Positions 19,900 through 30,454 of a stretch of DNA of 64,000 nt are shown one piece after another (positions within the stretch are counted from its first letter, which is position 1; each line of letters starts with the position of its first letter). Source of the DNA: an uncultured delta proteobacterium (GTDB taxonomy: Bacteria > Desulfobacterota > Binatia > UBA9968); NCBI GenBank assembly GCA_963745835.1, contig CAVUZH010000018.1:160001-224000 (forward strand), in the 5' to 3' direction. The position numbers and the translations under genes are program-made. The notes under the pieces are model-generated. The model saw only the letters and a list, made by a program, of their open reading frames with translations. It was not told the origin of the DNA and did not search any database.

Positions 19900-21369
19900 A
19901 TGACAAGTAAGCATGTCTCGGTGGTTGTCGTCGGCGGTGGCAGCGCAGCTTTTGAGGCGGCAGTCGCCGCCAAGCAGGCCGGTGCGCCATCGGTGATCAT
20001 GTTGGAAAAGGCGCCGGAGCCGGAATTCGGCGGCAATGCTCGCTTCTCTCACACGGGCTTCCGCTTTGTCTATTCAGGCGCCGATGAGATCCGCCTGTTT
20101 TTACCCGACATCGATGAGGCAAGTTTTAGAAATCTACAATTGCCCGGGTACCGTCCCGAGCATTTCACCGCCGATCTAATGCGAGTGACCCGGGGAAGGA
20201 TCAACAAAGATTTAGCCGAAGTGCTGGTAAACGAGTCCAACGGAGCGATCCACTGGATGCGCGAGCTCGGAATTCAGTGGGAGCCGGCCGGCTCAGTCGA
20301 GATCGACGGCAAACGTTACTTCGAACCCGGTATCGTGATTCACCCCACCGGCGGAGTCGGTGGTGGCGTCAGTCAACTCAATCAATGGCGCGCTATCGCC
20401 AGCCGCATGGGAATCGAAATTTATTTTGACTCTCGGGTGCGTGAACTTCTGGGCAATGACCGGCATATCGAAGGGGTCCGCGTGTCGGATTCCAGTGAAG
20501 AATACGAGCTGCGCGCCGGCGCCGTAATTCTCTGCGCCGGCGGGTTTCAAGCCAATCCGGAAATGCGCGCGCGCTATCTGGGCGCCAACGCTGATCTGAT
20601 GAAGGTGCGCGGCAGCCGCCATGACACGGGCGAGGTGTTGCAGATGGCGCTCGGTTTAGGCTGCAAGGCTTCGGGCCACTGGCAGGGGGCGCATGCCACA
20701 CCGATCGACGCGACCTTTCCGGACGTGGAACTTAGCAACAAAGCCAATCGTTACGGCTATACGTTCGGTATCACCGTGAACTCGTTGGGACAGCGTTTCT
20801 TCGATGAAGGCGAGGCGCATCACTCCTATACCTATGCTAAAACCGGGTGGGCGATTTTGGGCGAGCCCGGCGGAGTCACTTATCAAATTTACGATCGCAA
20901 AGGCGTCGCGCTGTGCGACAAGAGCTACTATGAGTTTGCCGCTCCTGTTGAAGCACCAACCATCTCGGAGCTCGCTCCGAAAATCGGCATCGATGCCGCG
21001 ATCCTGAGACACACGGTGGACGAGTTCAATCGAGCAGTGCGCGATGAAATCCCGTTCGATGCCACCCGTGCCGACGGCCGCTGCACCGAAGGAATCACAC
21101 CGCGCAAATCCAATTGGGCCCTGCGCATCGACGAGCCGCCATTCCACGCTTATCCCGTAACCGGTGGCATCACCTTCACCTTTGGCGGCCTCGAAGTAAA
21201 TCGGCAGGCGCAGGTGCTGAACACAGGCGGGCGGCCGATACGTGGCCTGTTTGCGTCCGGGGATATTCTCGGATTATTTTTCCACAATTATCCATCCTGC
21301 ACAGGTCAGACGCGGAACGTGGTCTTTTCACGCCTGGCCGGCAGGCACGCGGCGGCGCAAGGTTTGTGA
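19900..21369 (+). CDS. FAD-dependent oxidoreductase, TcuA/flavocytochrome-c (FAD_binding_2) family, copy 1
   Basis: VVVGGGSAA, GGNARFS, AGGFQANPEMRARYLG, VRGSRHDTGE, GITFTFGGL. Confidence 0.88.
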   Translation: MTSKHVSVVVVGGGSAAFEAAVAAKQAGAPSVIMLEKAPEPEFGGNARFSHTGFRFVYSGADEIRLFLPDIDEASFRNLQLPGYRPEHFTADLMRVTRGRINKDLAEVLVNESNGAIHWMRELGIQWEPAGSVEIDGKRYFEPGIVIHPTGGVGGGVSQLNQWRAIASRMGIEIYFDSRVRELLGNDRHIEGVRVSDSSEEYELRAGAVILCAGGFQANPEMRARYLGANADLMKVRGSRHDTGEVLQMALGLGCKASGHWQGAHATPIDATFPDVELSNKANRYGYTFGITVNSLGQRFFDEGEAHHSYTYAKTGWAILGEPGGVTYQIYDRKGVALCDKSYYEFAAPVEAPTISELAPKIGIDAAILRHTVDEFNRAVRDEIPFDATRADGRCTEGITPRKSNWALRIDEPPFHAYPVTGGITFTFGGLEVNRQAQVLNTGGRPIRGLFASGDILGLFFHNYPSCTGQTRNVVFSRLAGRHAAAQGL

Positions 21370-21419
21370 TCGGGCAGGAAGCTACTGATTCGCCATAGTA
21401 CATAAGGAGGATTGGAACC

Positions 21420-21818
21420 ATGCCGAAACTGAAACATCTTGCTATTCGCACGGAAGACACTGGCAAGCTCGCAACTTTTTATATGGACGTTTTTGAAATG
21501 CAGGTGCTGCACAAGGACAAGAACGAAGGCGGCGCGATCTTTCTCACCGACGGTTACTTCAATTTGGCGATATTACCGAATCACGAGCAGCAGGCGCCGA
21601 ACGGTCTTTATCATTTTGGTTTCGAAGTTGAGAGCGGTGAAAAGATCGTCGACAGACTGAAGAAGGTAAATCCCAACAAACTGCCAAAGCCGCGGCCCAA
21701 TGGTCGGCCATACGCAGAAACTCGCGGTTCCGATCCGGACGGCAACTACTTCGACATTTCCGAGCACGGCTTTTCCAATGTCGTTCCCCTGGGGGAAAAT
21801 AAGGACAAAGCTAGTTAA
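21420..21818 (+). CDS. VOC/glyoxalase family protein, copy 2
   Basis: Near-identical to 18422-18814. Confidence 0.9.
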   Translation: MPKLKHLAIRTEDTGKLATFYMDVFEMQVLHKDKNEGGAIFLTDGYFNLAILPNHEQQAPNGLYHFGFEVESGEKIVDRLKKVNPNKLPKPRPNGRPYAETRGSDPDGNYFDISEHGFSNVVPLGENKDKAS

Positions 21819-21904
21819 AGCGCCGTTTGGTTAGCGGATCGGATTCAAACCAGTAGTCGTCTTTTCCGCTATCACTTGGTTGGACTCATCTAACCTTGGA
21901 CTGA

Positions 21905-23371
21905 ATGAGAACTGAAACCGTACCGGTCGTTGTTGTCGGCGGCGGTAGCGCCGCTTTCGAAGCCGCGGTGGCGGCAAAACAGGCGGGCGCGCCTCGAGTC
22001 GTCATGTTGGAAAAAGCGCCCGAACCCGAGTTTGGCGGCAACGCGCGTTTTTCACATACCGGCTTTCGCTGGGTATTTTCCGGCGCCGATGAAGTGCGGC
22101 GATTCTTGCCGGAACTCGATGACCAGACGTTTCAGAAGCTGCACCTGCCTGCCTATTCCGCCGAGCAGTTCACCGCCGACTTGCAGCGGGTAACCCGCGG
22201 ACGAATCAATAAGGAGCTTGCCGACGTGATGGTGCAGCAGTCCAACGCCGCAATGCATTGGATGCGCGAGCTCGGAATCAAATGGGAGATCGACAGCCAT
22301 GTTATGATCGATGGCCGCTACTATTTTGAGCCGGGCTTGGTGATCCATCCGGTCGGTGGTGTTGGCGGCGGCTTGGGCCAACTGATGCAATGGCGCGAGA
22401 TTGCGACGCGGATGGAGATCGAGATTCGCTATGAGTCTCGGGTTAAACAGTTGCTTGGCAATGACAAGCGCATGGAAGGCGTCGCGGTGTCGAATGCCAA
22501 CGAAGAATACGACATTCGCACCGGTTCTCTGATACTTTGCGCAGGCGGATTTCAAGCCAACCCTGAAATGCGCGCGCGCTATCTCGGCGCCAACGCCGAT
22601 CTGATGAAAGTGCGCGGCAGCCGCCATGACACCGGCGAGGTGCTGATGATGGCGTTAGCCTTGGGGTGCAAGGCTTCGGGACACTGGCAAGGCGCCCACG
22701 CCACGCCCATCGACTCAACTTTTCCGGACGTGGAGATCGGCAGCAAGGCCAATCGCTACGGTTATCCTTACAGCATTACGGTGAATTCATTGGGACAGCG
22801 GTTTTTCGATGAAGGCGAGGCGCGCCACTCATACACCTATGCCAAGACGGGTTGGGCGGTGCTCGGCCAGCCAGGAGCGGTGGCGTATCAGATCTACGAT
22901 CAGAAAACCATTCCATTGCTCGGCACCAGATATGAGTTTTCCACACCCATCGTGGCAAACACGATTCACGAACTGGCGGGCAAGATCGGTGTTGAACGAG
23001 CCGTGCTCGATCACACGGTAAAAGAGTTCAATAACGCTGTGCGCAAGGATATTCCGTTTGATCCGACTAAGTTGGACGGCAAATGCACCGAAGGGATTAC
23101 ACCAAAGAAATCCAATTGGGCAAGTCCTCTCGATCAGCCCCCCTACTGGGCGTATTCAATCACCGGCGGTATTACCTTCACCTTTGGCGGCCTGCAGATC
23201 AACGAGAGCGCCCAGGTGCTCAATACTTCCGGCAACCCAATCCGCGGCCTCTACGCCTCGGGTGATATCGTCGGTCTGTTCTTTCACAACTATCCATCTT
23301 GCACCGGGCAGACACGTAATGTGGTTTTTTCCCGTTTGGCGGGACGCCATGCAGCAGCCCAGGGGCTGTGA
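21905..23371 (+). CDS. FAD-dependent oxidoreductase, TcuA-like family, copy 2
   Basis: Paralogue of 19900-21369 with long identical stretches. Confidence 0.88.
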   Translation: MRTETVPVVVVGGGSAAFEAAVAAKQAGAPRVVMLEKAPEPEFGGNARFSHTGFRWVFSGADEVRRFLPELDDQTFQKLHLPAYSAEQFTADLQRVTRGRINKELADVMVQQSNAAMHWMRELGIKWEIDSHVMIDGRYYFEPGLVIHPVGGVGGGLGQLMQWREIATRMEIEIRYESRVKQLLGNDKRMEGVAVSNANEEYDIRTGSLILCAGGFQANPEMRARYLGANADLMKVRGSRHDTGEVLMMALALGCKASGHWQGAHATPIDSTFPDVEIGSKANRYGYPYSITVNSLGQRFFDEGEARHSYTYAKTGWAVLGQPGAVAYQIYDQKTIPLLGTRYEFSTPIVANTIHELAGKIGVERAVLDHTVKEFNNAVRKDIPFDPTKLDGKCTEGITPKKSNWASPLDQPPYWAYSITGGITFTFGGLQINESAQVLNTSGNPIRGLYASGDIVGLFFHNYPSCTGQTRNVVFSRLAGRHAAAQGL

Positions 23372-23534
23372 TGACCCAAAGTCTTCGTTGTCATGCGCCC
23401 TGTTCGCAGCACGATTCCAGCCATCATCATTGCCAACGTTCAGCTTGAAATTCGATTATCGCCTGACATATATCAAAGCCTTCTGATTGGCCAACGCAGT
23501 CAGAGACGGCTGCTTCCGAGAAAAAAGGATTACT

Positions 23535-24623
23535 ATGAAACGAGTCGTGGATTGTTTGAAGCTGGCTCTCGTGGCGTGTGTCGTGTTGGCGCTGAGTTCG
23601 GTTGATTTTCTATACGCTGCCGCTGCGCAATCTCCGGAACAGCTATTTGCAGAACTTGCCAAGTTGAAGCCGGATCAGCGCATCAAACGCCTCGAAGAAG
23701 GATCTCGCAAGGAGGGAAAGCTCAACTTCATTCATACGTTCAGAGGCAAACTCGCGCGCGAGCATGTCCGTTTGTTCGAGAAGCGCTATCCGTTTATCAA
23801 AGTCGAGATGGCCGATATGGGTTCTCAAGATGCAGCGGAGCGCTTCATCGCCGAGGAAACCGCAGGACGCCATCTCACCGACAGTATCAGTCTTGCCGTT
23901 CCCGACCTGCCGGTCATTCTAAAACAGAACCTACTCGCCGATTATCCAACCCCGGCCACGAGCAGAATCGGCAAGCAATTTCAAGGTTTTCTGGATAAAC
24001 AAAACCGGTGGGTGCCGTATTACTGGAGCGAGCACGGCATTTCGTACAACACGAATATCATACCGCCGGACAAAGCGCCAAAGAGCTGGCAGGATCTTTG
24101 TAATCCGGCGTACAAAGGTCAGGTCTCCTTCGATCCTCCCGAGACCCGCTTCATGGTCGGACTCTATGTCTTGATGGGAGAGGAGAAATTTCAGGAGTGG
24201 CTTAAGTGCATGGGGCAAAATCAACCGATCATTCAGCGTGGTCACACGCAACGGATGAATCTGATGCTTTCGGGCGACCATGCAGTCCAGGGCGACAACT
24301 TCCTTTACGTCGGCGCGGAGGAAAAGAAAAAGGATCCCAAGACCCCTTACGCGATCGTTTATTCCGCGCCGATTCTGGCCTACGCCGGCGTGATGATCAT
24401 CAACAAGAATACTCAGAGCCCGCATGCGGCGGCGCTGTTCAGCGATTGGACGCTTTCCGAAGAAAGCCAAAAATATATCGCCGCTGAGTTTCGCGGCCCG
24501 CTAATCGGCAAGCATCCCTATCTGCCGGACAATATCAATGTCGTCACTTTCGGCTATGTCAGCGACGACATCGTCGATCGCTTGCACGGCTATTGGAACC
24601 AGCACATCGGAAAGAAAAAATAA
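23535..24623 (+). CDS. ABC extracellular solute-binding protein (Fe3+/thiamine/polyamine-type)
   Basis: Signal peptide, ISYNT, PKSWQDL, PHAAALFSDWTLSEESQ. Confidence 0.85.
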   Translation: MKRVVDCLKLALVACVVLALSSVDFLYAAAAQSPEQLFAELAKLKPDQRIKRLEEGSRKEGKLNFIHTFRGKLAREHVRLFEKRYPFIKVEMADMGSQDAAERFIAEETAGRHLTDSISLAVPDLPVILKQNLLADYPTPATSRIGKQFQGFLDKQNRWVPYYWSEHGISYNTNIIPPDKAPKSWQDLCNPAYKGQVSFDPPETRFMVGLYVLMGEEKFQEWLKCMGQNQPIIQRGHTQRMNLMLSGDHAVQGDNFLYVGAEEKKKDPKTPYAIVYSAPILAYAGVMIINKNTQSPHAAALFSDWTLSEESQKYIAAEFRGPLIGKHPYLPDNINVVTFGYVSDDIVDRLHGYWNQHIGKKK

Positions 24624-24664
24624 ACCTGCCATCGACTATCGGTTGATATGGGACCGGCTCGTCA

Positions 24665-26383
24665 GTGATGGTGCGGCGGCTTTCGTTAGACAGCGGCAAG
24701 CTGGCGTTGGCACTCATTGTTGGCATCCTGATTTATCAGGTCGTCATTCCGTTGCTGATGGTGGTTTGGACCAGTCTCAAGGTCGAACGTCCTGGGGAGA
24801 CGGGATTCTTTGAGCTGAGTTTCTCGCTGGCCAATTATGCTCGCGCGTTCGGTTCAGGAGATTTTTGGCAGGCGACCTGGAACACCCTCTACTTCGCTCT
24901 CGCTTCCACTGGTGCTTCATTCGCCTTCGGAACTTTTCTCGCTTGGGTAGTGCATCGGACCAATACTCCTTTGGCCCGGCTGATCGGTGTCATCACCCTC
25001 GGGCGAATTATTATTCCCGGCATCTTGATCACCGTATCCTGGATCCTCTTGGCGAGCCCAAGTATCGGCGTTCTGAATCACGCCTTAGCGGGAATCACCG
25101 GCACTAAAGGGATACTGAACGTATACTCTTTCTGGGGAATGGTTTGGGTCCATTCGCTGGAGATGACCCCGCTTGCCTATCTGCTTCTCTCCGCCGCACT
25201 CCAATCCATGGACCCGCGTCTCGAAGAGGCGTCAGGCGCGGCCGGCGCGGGTCATTGGTCGACGCTCAGAAGAATCTCTCTGCCATTGATGCTGCCGGCG
25301 GTGGGCGCAGCGGTCATGCTGCTGATGATCTATACCATCGAGACTTTCGAAGTGCCGCTGTTACTCGGCGGGCGCGCCCAGGTCAGAGTCTATACTACTG
25401 AAATTTATTTCAACACTTCCAGAACGCCGACGGATTGGGGGCTCTCCGGCGCTTATTCCATCGCGATCCTGTTTTTGTGCGCGGTTTTCCTGGCTATTTA
25501 CTTTCGTCTTGTGCGCCATGGCGAGCGCTACCAGACGGTGACCGGCAAAGACTTCCGGCCGCGTCGCATCGATTTGGGGCGCTGGCGCTATGTTACCTGC
25601 GCGCTGAGCCTGTTACTGGTTTTTCTGATCACCGGGCTGCCGTTTCTGGTGATGCTCTACGCCTCGCTGTTGCGGCGCTATCAGCCGCCTTCCCTCGCGG
25701 TGTTGCAGAATTTGAGTCTTAACAACTATCACGAGATCCTTCGCGATCCCGTCTATTCGTTGGACCCGATGTGGAACAGCACTCTGGTGGGACTGGCCTC
25801 GGCGACGGCGGTCATGCTTCTGGTTTCGATCATGAGTTATTTTGTCCACAAGACGCGCCTACGCGGCCGAAAGCTGATCGACTTTTTCGGTTTTGCACCG
25901 GTTGCCATTCCGAGCGTGGTACTGGGCACGGCTTTTTTGTGGTTTTACTTGCTGGTTCCATTGCCCGTCCTTGGCACGCTCACCATCATCTGTCTCGCCT
26001 ATGTCACCCGGTATATGGCGGTGGCGCTGCGCTTCGTGTCGACATCGATGCTGCAGATTCATAGCGAGCTGGAAGAGGCCGCGGCAGTAGCCGGAGGAAC
26101 CTGGTGGAGCAATTTTCGGCGGATTTATCTGCCGCTGCTTCGCCCGGGATTGATGGCCGGCTGGTTTTGGGTGATGGTGCACGCCTACCGCGAGCTCACG
26201 ATCGCGCTGATGCTGGCGCGATCGACCAACCGAACAGCGGCAGTCGTCATCTACGATCTCTGGGAAAACGGTTCGTTTCCACAGCTCAGCGCGTTCGGTG
26301 TGCTGATCTTTGGCTTATTGATCGTTCTCGTTTTGTTAGGACAGACCGTCGGCAAACGGTTCGGTGTCCAAGAGCAGGTGTAA
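24665..26383 (+). CDS. ABC permease with two fused TM domains (FbpB-like)
   Basis: Two EAA motifs (LEEASGAAGA, LEEAAAVAGG). Confidence 0.9.
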   Translation: MMVRRLSLDSGKLALALIVGILIYQVVIPLLMVVWTSLKVERPGETGFFELSFSLANYARAFGSGDFWQATWNTLYFALASTGASFAFGTFLAWVVHRTNTPLARLIGVITLGRIIIPGILITVSWILLASPSIGVLNHALAGITGTKGILNVYSFWGMVWVHSLEMTPLAYLLLSAALQSMDPRLEEASGAAGAGHWSTLRRISLPLMLPAVGAAVMLLMIYTIETFEVPLLLGGRAQVRVYTTEIYFNTSRTPTDWGLSGAYSIAILFLCAVFLAIYFRLVRHGERYQTVTGKDFRPRRIDLGRWRYVTCALSLLLVFLITGLPFLVMLYASLLRRYQPPSLAVLQNLSLNNYHEILRDPVYSLDPMWNSTLVGLASATAVMLLVSIMSYFVHKTRLRGRKLIDFFGFAPVAIPSVVLGTAFLWFYLLVPLPVLGTLTIICLAYVTRYMAVALRFVSTSMLQIHSELEEAAAVAGGTWWSNFRRIYLPLLRPGLMAGWFWVMVHAYRELTIALMLARSTNRTAAVVIYDLWENGSFPQLSAFGVLIFGLLIVLVLLGQTVGKRFGVQEQV

Positions 26384-26492
26384 GGCGAATCCAGAGGCCG
26401 TGTTCGTATTACTCGGAATTCTCCATCACGTTTTCACGGACATGAGCACGAGGATCCGCTTGGCCGCTGAGTCGTTTTACCATCGGAAACTG

Positions 26493-27353
26493 CTAGAGAG
26501 CTTCGTTCTTCTCAAAATACTCTCTCGCCCATGCGGCGATATCGCCGCGCCGGGCAAACCAGACATCTTTATGCCTTTTGGCGTAAGCGATGATCTGTTC
26601 GAAAGTATCGATGACGGGAATGCGCGAGCTCAAATAAGCGTGAGAGATGACGTTCATCATCGTCGGATTGTCCGCGCCGATTTCGTAGCGGTAATCGAAT
26701 TCGTCTTTGAACTTATCAAAGAATTCGTGTCGCGTCCCTTCTTCCTCCATGCGGTGATCGTTGATGGTGTACTGGTGCGGGATCATCACCAGCGATTTAT
26801 CGCCGATCCGCCTGGGATAAGGCATCTCGTCATCGTGATAATCGCAATTGTATAGGAGACCCGCCTCGACATTGAGCTCGAGCGTGTTGTCGGTTGAACG
26901 AACGCCAGGAGATGACCAACCCGATGGTCGTTCCCCCGTCAACCTGGTAATCGCCTCCACGGTTTTGACAATGTTGTCTTGCTCCTGTTCGCGGGTCAGC
27001 ATGTAGAGGTACTCGCCCTGATCCCAGCCGTGGGCAATCATCTCATGGCCGCGCTGGTGCGCCTCCTTGACCAGCTCCGGGTAATACTCGCAAGTCAATC
27101 CGTTGATCGGCATGCTGACTTTGAGATCGTAGCGATCGCAGATATCGAGCAGCCGCCGCAAACCCACTTTGGCGCCGAACTCGCGAAACGTTTCCGTGGA
27201 GTAATCGCGCCTGCAGACCGCGTTGGCGGGGATCGAGCCCCGTTGCAATCCTCGACCTGTAGTCGGCTTACTTCGGTCCCAGGCTTCAAATGCGATGCCG
27301 AGCACAAAGGCGAGCCGGGCTTTGTTCGGCCACGTGAAGGGCTGCTGCGCCAT
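26493..27353 (-). CDS. Polysaccharide deacetylase family (PuuE-like) protein
   Basis: WPNKARLA, EFGAKVGLRRLL, HEMIAHG, PSGWSSPG, DDEMPY. Confidence 0.87.
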   Translation of the reverse strand: MAQQPFTWPNKARLAFVLGIAFEAWDRSKPTTGRGLQRGSIPANAVCRRDYSTETFREFGAKVGLRRLLDICDRYDLKVSMPINGLTCEYYPELVKEAHQRGHEMIAHGWDQGEYLYMLTREQEQDNIVKTVEAITRLTGERPSGWSSPGVRSTDNTLELNVEAGLLYNCDYHDDEMPYPRRIGDKSLVMIPHQYTINDHRMEEEGTRHEFFDKFKDEFDYRYEIGADNPTMMNVISHAYLSSRIPVIDTFEQIIAYAKRHKDVWFARRGDIAAWAREYFEKNEAL

Positions 27354-27620
27354 TTGAATATTCTCCGATCTTAGAGGCGGCAATTCGATACGACGGCCTT
27401 ATAGCCAAAGTTTTGAAACTCGGCAAGTAGGGAAGCACATGGAGCTGGAGCTTGTTCTTGGTTCGAGCGATCAGAAAGCTAAATCACTGAGATAGAGTAT
27501 GGTTTGCCGTAGCTGCAGTGAAGCACGATTCCGCTTGACCCATCGGATAGGCTGTTGTACTAGAGCGCCAAATATAAAACCTACGGCTGGCCCGCGGGCA
27601 AGAACATAGAGAGGAGATTC

Positions 27621-28679
27621 GTGATGCGACATCGCTCTCGACTAAATCGCGCCGTACTCGGGTTAATTGGCTGTATCGCCGTATTCATCTTTGCTCTCCC
27701 GATCGCCTTGGCCGGTAGCGCTCCGTCCGCAAGCGCTAAAGTCGAATCCCTCGACCAATTATACGAGAAGGCAAAAAAAGAAGGCCACGTGGTGGTCTAT
27801 ATGGCTACGTCGGCAAAAACAGAGGAGGTGGTATTTCCGGCTTTCGAAAAACGTTTTCCCGGCATTAAGGTCAATCATGTAAATGCTACCGCCGATCAAC
27901 TTGTGACGCGTGCCGTGGCCGAGGCTCGGGGAGGCAGGATCATCGCTGATGTCATCAGCGGCACACAAAACTACATTACCCAGCTACGGGAGCAAGATAT
28001 GCTGCTCGATATCGCCTTGCCCGAGGGCGCATCGTATCCTGCGGTCTTGAAAGGCAGCTATTGGGTGGCCACCGACACGGAGTTTTTTATCGCCGCCTGG
28101 AATTCGAGCCGCTTAAAGAAAGAAGACGAGCCGAAGACCTTTGAAGATTTCGCGGATCCGAAATGGGCTAAGCGACTCATCGCCGAACCGAGGGACTTTC
28201 AGCTATTGCTGGGTCTAGCGAAATACAAATACGGCAGCGACGAAAAGGCTGTCGCCTTATTCAAAAAGATTGCCGCCAATAAACCTGAATTCTTCAAAGG
28301 CCACTCGCAGCTTGCAGAGCTTTTAGCGGCGGGACAGGCAGACGTTTGCATGACCTGTTACGCGCATCATATCCCACCGATGGCGAAAAAAGGCGCTCCG
28401 TTGCAGATCATGTTGGATGAAGGCGTCGGCCGCATCGGCGGCACCGTGACCATTGTCAGGGGAGCGCCCCATCCCAATGCCGGGCTACTCTGGGCACGTT
28501 GGCTCATCAGCGAAGAGGGGCAAAGGGCATTCGCGCAGGCGGGCGAAACCCCGGCTCATCCGAAGGTAGAGCCTATGGAGAAAATTATCCCGGCCAAAAC
28601 TTATATGCTTACTGCCGACGACACCAAGGAGTTTCCCAAGTATCAAAAACTCTGGAACGAGATCTTCCAGCTACGCTGA
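27621..28679 (+). CDS. ABC extracellular solute-binding protein
   Basis: Signal peptide, FEKRFPGIKV, APHPNAGLLWARWLISEEGQ. Confidence 0.85.
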   Translation: MMRHRSRLNRAVLGLIGCIAVFIFALPIALAGSAPSASAKVESLDQLYEKAKKEGHVVVYMATSAKTEEVVFPAFEKRFPGIKVNHVNATADQLVTRAVAEARGGRIIADVISGTQNYITQLREQDMLLDIALPEGASYPAVLKGSYWVATDTEFFIAAWNSSRLKKEDEPKTFEDFADPKWAKRLIAEPRDFQLLLGLAKYKYGSDEKAVALFKKIAANKPEFFKGHSQLAELLAAGQADVCMTCYAHHIPPMAKKGAPLQIMLDEGVGRIGGTVTIVRGAPHPNAGLLWARWLISEEGQRAFAQAGETPAHPKVEPMEKIIPAKTYMLTADDTKEFPKYQKLWNEIFQLR

Positions 28680-28799
28680 AAGCCGGCGCAAGGCAAAGCA
28701 AGCCTGCGAGTCAGCTTATCTCCTCGATCACAGACCAAAACATCTCTGTGCATCTTCCCCGCTTGACCGATCCCATGAGTTCGATTACAAGCCGGAGCT

Positions 28800-29282
28800 A
28801 TGGCTGACGATATACTGATAGAGTGCGGCGATGATTATGCGAATGCCGCCGTGCGTTCGGCTCTGGAGAACTACCTGCCGGCTGACGTGCTCAGCGCGTT
28901 TGATGGCCGGTTGGCTTTGGTCTCGACCGGGAATGTGGATGGGATTCGCTTGACGAAGAGCTTCTGCAGGGACCGTGATGTCATCGTGCTGTCGGAGCGC
29001 ATCCTACCGGTGAAATCCGGAGACGAGGAGTTTCACCCTGGCTATCGTTACTTCATCTTCGTGGTTCTTCGTGAGATCGCGCACGCTTGCAAGGACCACC
29101 TCTCGCCCTTATCGGATGATCTAGCGGCGGCGCAGGTGGAGAGTCAGACGCGCGAGGCTGACGAGCTCGCGTTGAAATGGTTCAACGAGCACGCCTCGAC
29201 GACTCTGTTCCAGCCGCCGATGTCGATTGCTGAGGTTGAGGAGCTCAGTGAGAAGGCCAGCGCGGGCCGCGACAAAAAATAA
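28800..29282 (+). CDS. Hypothetical protein with degenerate zincin-like motif
   Basis: GGAG RBS; VVLREIAH ... READELA. Confidence 0.6.
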   Translation: MADDILIECGDDYANAAVRSALENYLPADVLSAFDGRLALVSTGNVDGIRLTKSFCRDRDVIVLSERILPVKSGDEEFHPGYRYFIFVVLREIAHACKDHLSPLSDDLAAAQVESQTREADELALKWFNEHASTTLFQPPMSIAEVEELSEKASAGRDKK

Positions 29283-29508
29283 ACGATAAGCGTCACCTGA
29301 TATAGAGTTGATATCGAAGTCGTTGCATTCACGATCAGGGTTCCATCGTGCCGACACTCCGGAAATGCCGTTCAACAGTTCAACCGATCCAACATTCGCA
29401 AACTGAACCATCAAACTCCTTAAGGCCTCCCGTAGTGGTTCCAAACCGAGAGCCGAAGTATAATCGACAGGATGGTACCGGTCGAAAAGCCAAGAGGTCT
29501 CCTTAATT

Positions 29509-30300
29509 GTGCCGGCGCTCGTTTATAACGGCTCTCTTCGCTGTCTTAGGCGACAGTCCCGGAGGATTGCCAAGCCGGGGAAGGGCGCTATGCTCCGCTG
29601 GTGTATTGTCGCCATCGGAGCTTGGTTCGCGCTTAACTGGATCTATCAGGTGGTTCGCAAGCCGGGGGAGATCCTGGCGCCGGTCAGTGACTCATTAGCT
29701 AAGTCGCCGGAGTCGACGTGGCGGAGTTATGGATCGCTGTTCGAGAAGCATTCTACCAGGATCATCTCTCCTGAGTTTCTTGCCGCGCTGGCTCAAGTGG
29801 AAGGCAGCGGCAATCCGATCGCTAGCACCTATTGGCGCTGGCGCTGGTCTTGGAACCCTTTCGAAATTTATCGTCCGGCTTCCAGCGCGGTCGGCATGTT
29901 TCAAATCACCGATGGCACGTTCGCCGAAGCGCGAAAATACTGTATCCGGGATCATCAAGTCGTTACCGATGGACCGTGGCATGACGTCCGTTCCTGCTGG
30001 TTCAACAGCTTCTATAGCCGGACCGTGCCGAGCCATTCAATTCAACTAACCGCCGCATATCTCCACCGGACTGTGGCCAGCACGTTGGCCGCTCGGCCCA
30101 ATGTTAGAAGCACACCGGCGCAACAGCAAAGGTTGGCTGCCGTGATTCACCTGTGCGGATCGAAGCGGGGGGAGGTCTTCGCGCGGCGGGGCTTCAAATT
30201 AGCGCCCGGCGAGCGCTGTGGAAGTCACAATCTGGCCCGCTATCTCGCTCGATTGGATCACATGAAGCGACGCTTCGCTGAATTGAGAATGTCAGGCTAG
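29509..30300 (+). CDS. Lytic transglycosylase SLT-domain protein
   Basis: AALAQVEGSGNP and SSAVGMFQIT motifs after a TM segment; start uncertain (ATG 29590 alternative). Confidence 0.75.
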   Translation: MPALVYNGSLRCLRRQSRRIAKPGKGAMLRWCIVAIGAWFALNWIYQVVRKPGEILAPVSDSLAKSPESTWRSYGSLFEKHSTRIISPEFLAALAQVEGSGNPIASTYWRWRWSWNPFEIYRPASSAVGMFQITDGTFAEARKYCIRDHQVVTDGPWHDVRSCWFNSFYSRTVPSHSIQLTAAYLHRTVASTLAARPNVRSTPAQQQRLAAVIHLCGSKRGEVFARRGFKLAPGERCGSHNLARYLARLDHMKRRFAELRMSG

Positions 30301-30454
30301 CCGATCAACCGATCAGAACGTAGTCTATGCCTGCTTATCTTGACAACCCCGCAACTTTCCAATAGAAATTTTTAAGTACCTCTAGCATTTTGTTCTACTG
30401 AATCCATACCTCTGGAGACGGTTAGGTATGGATTTTTTTAGGTAGCTATCATTC

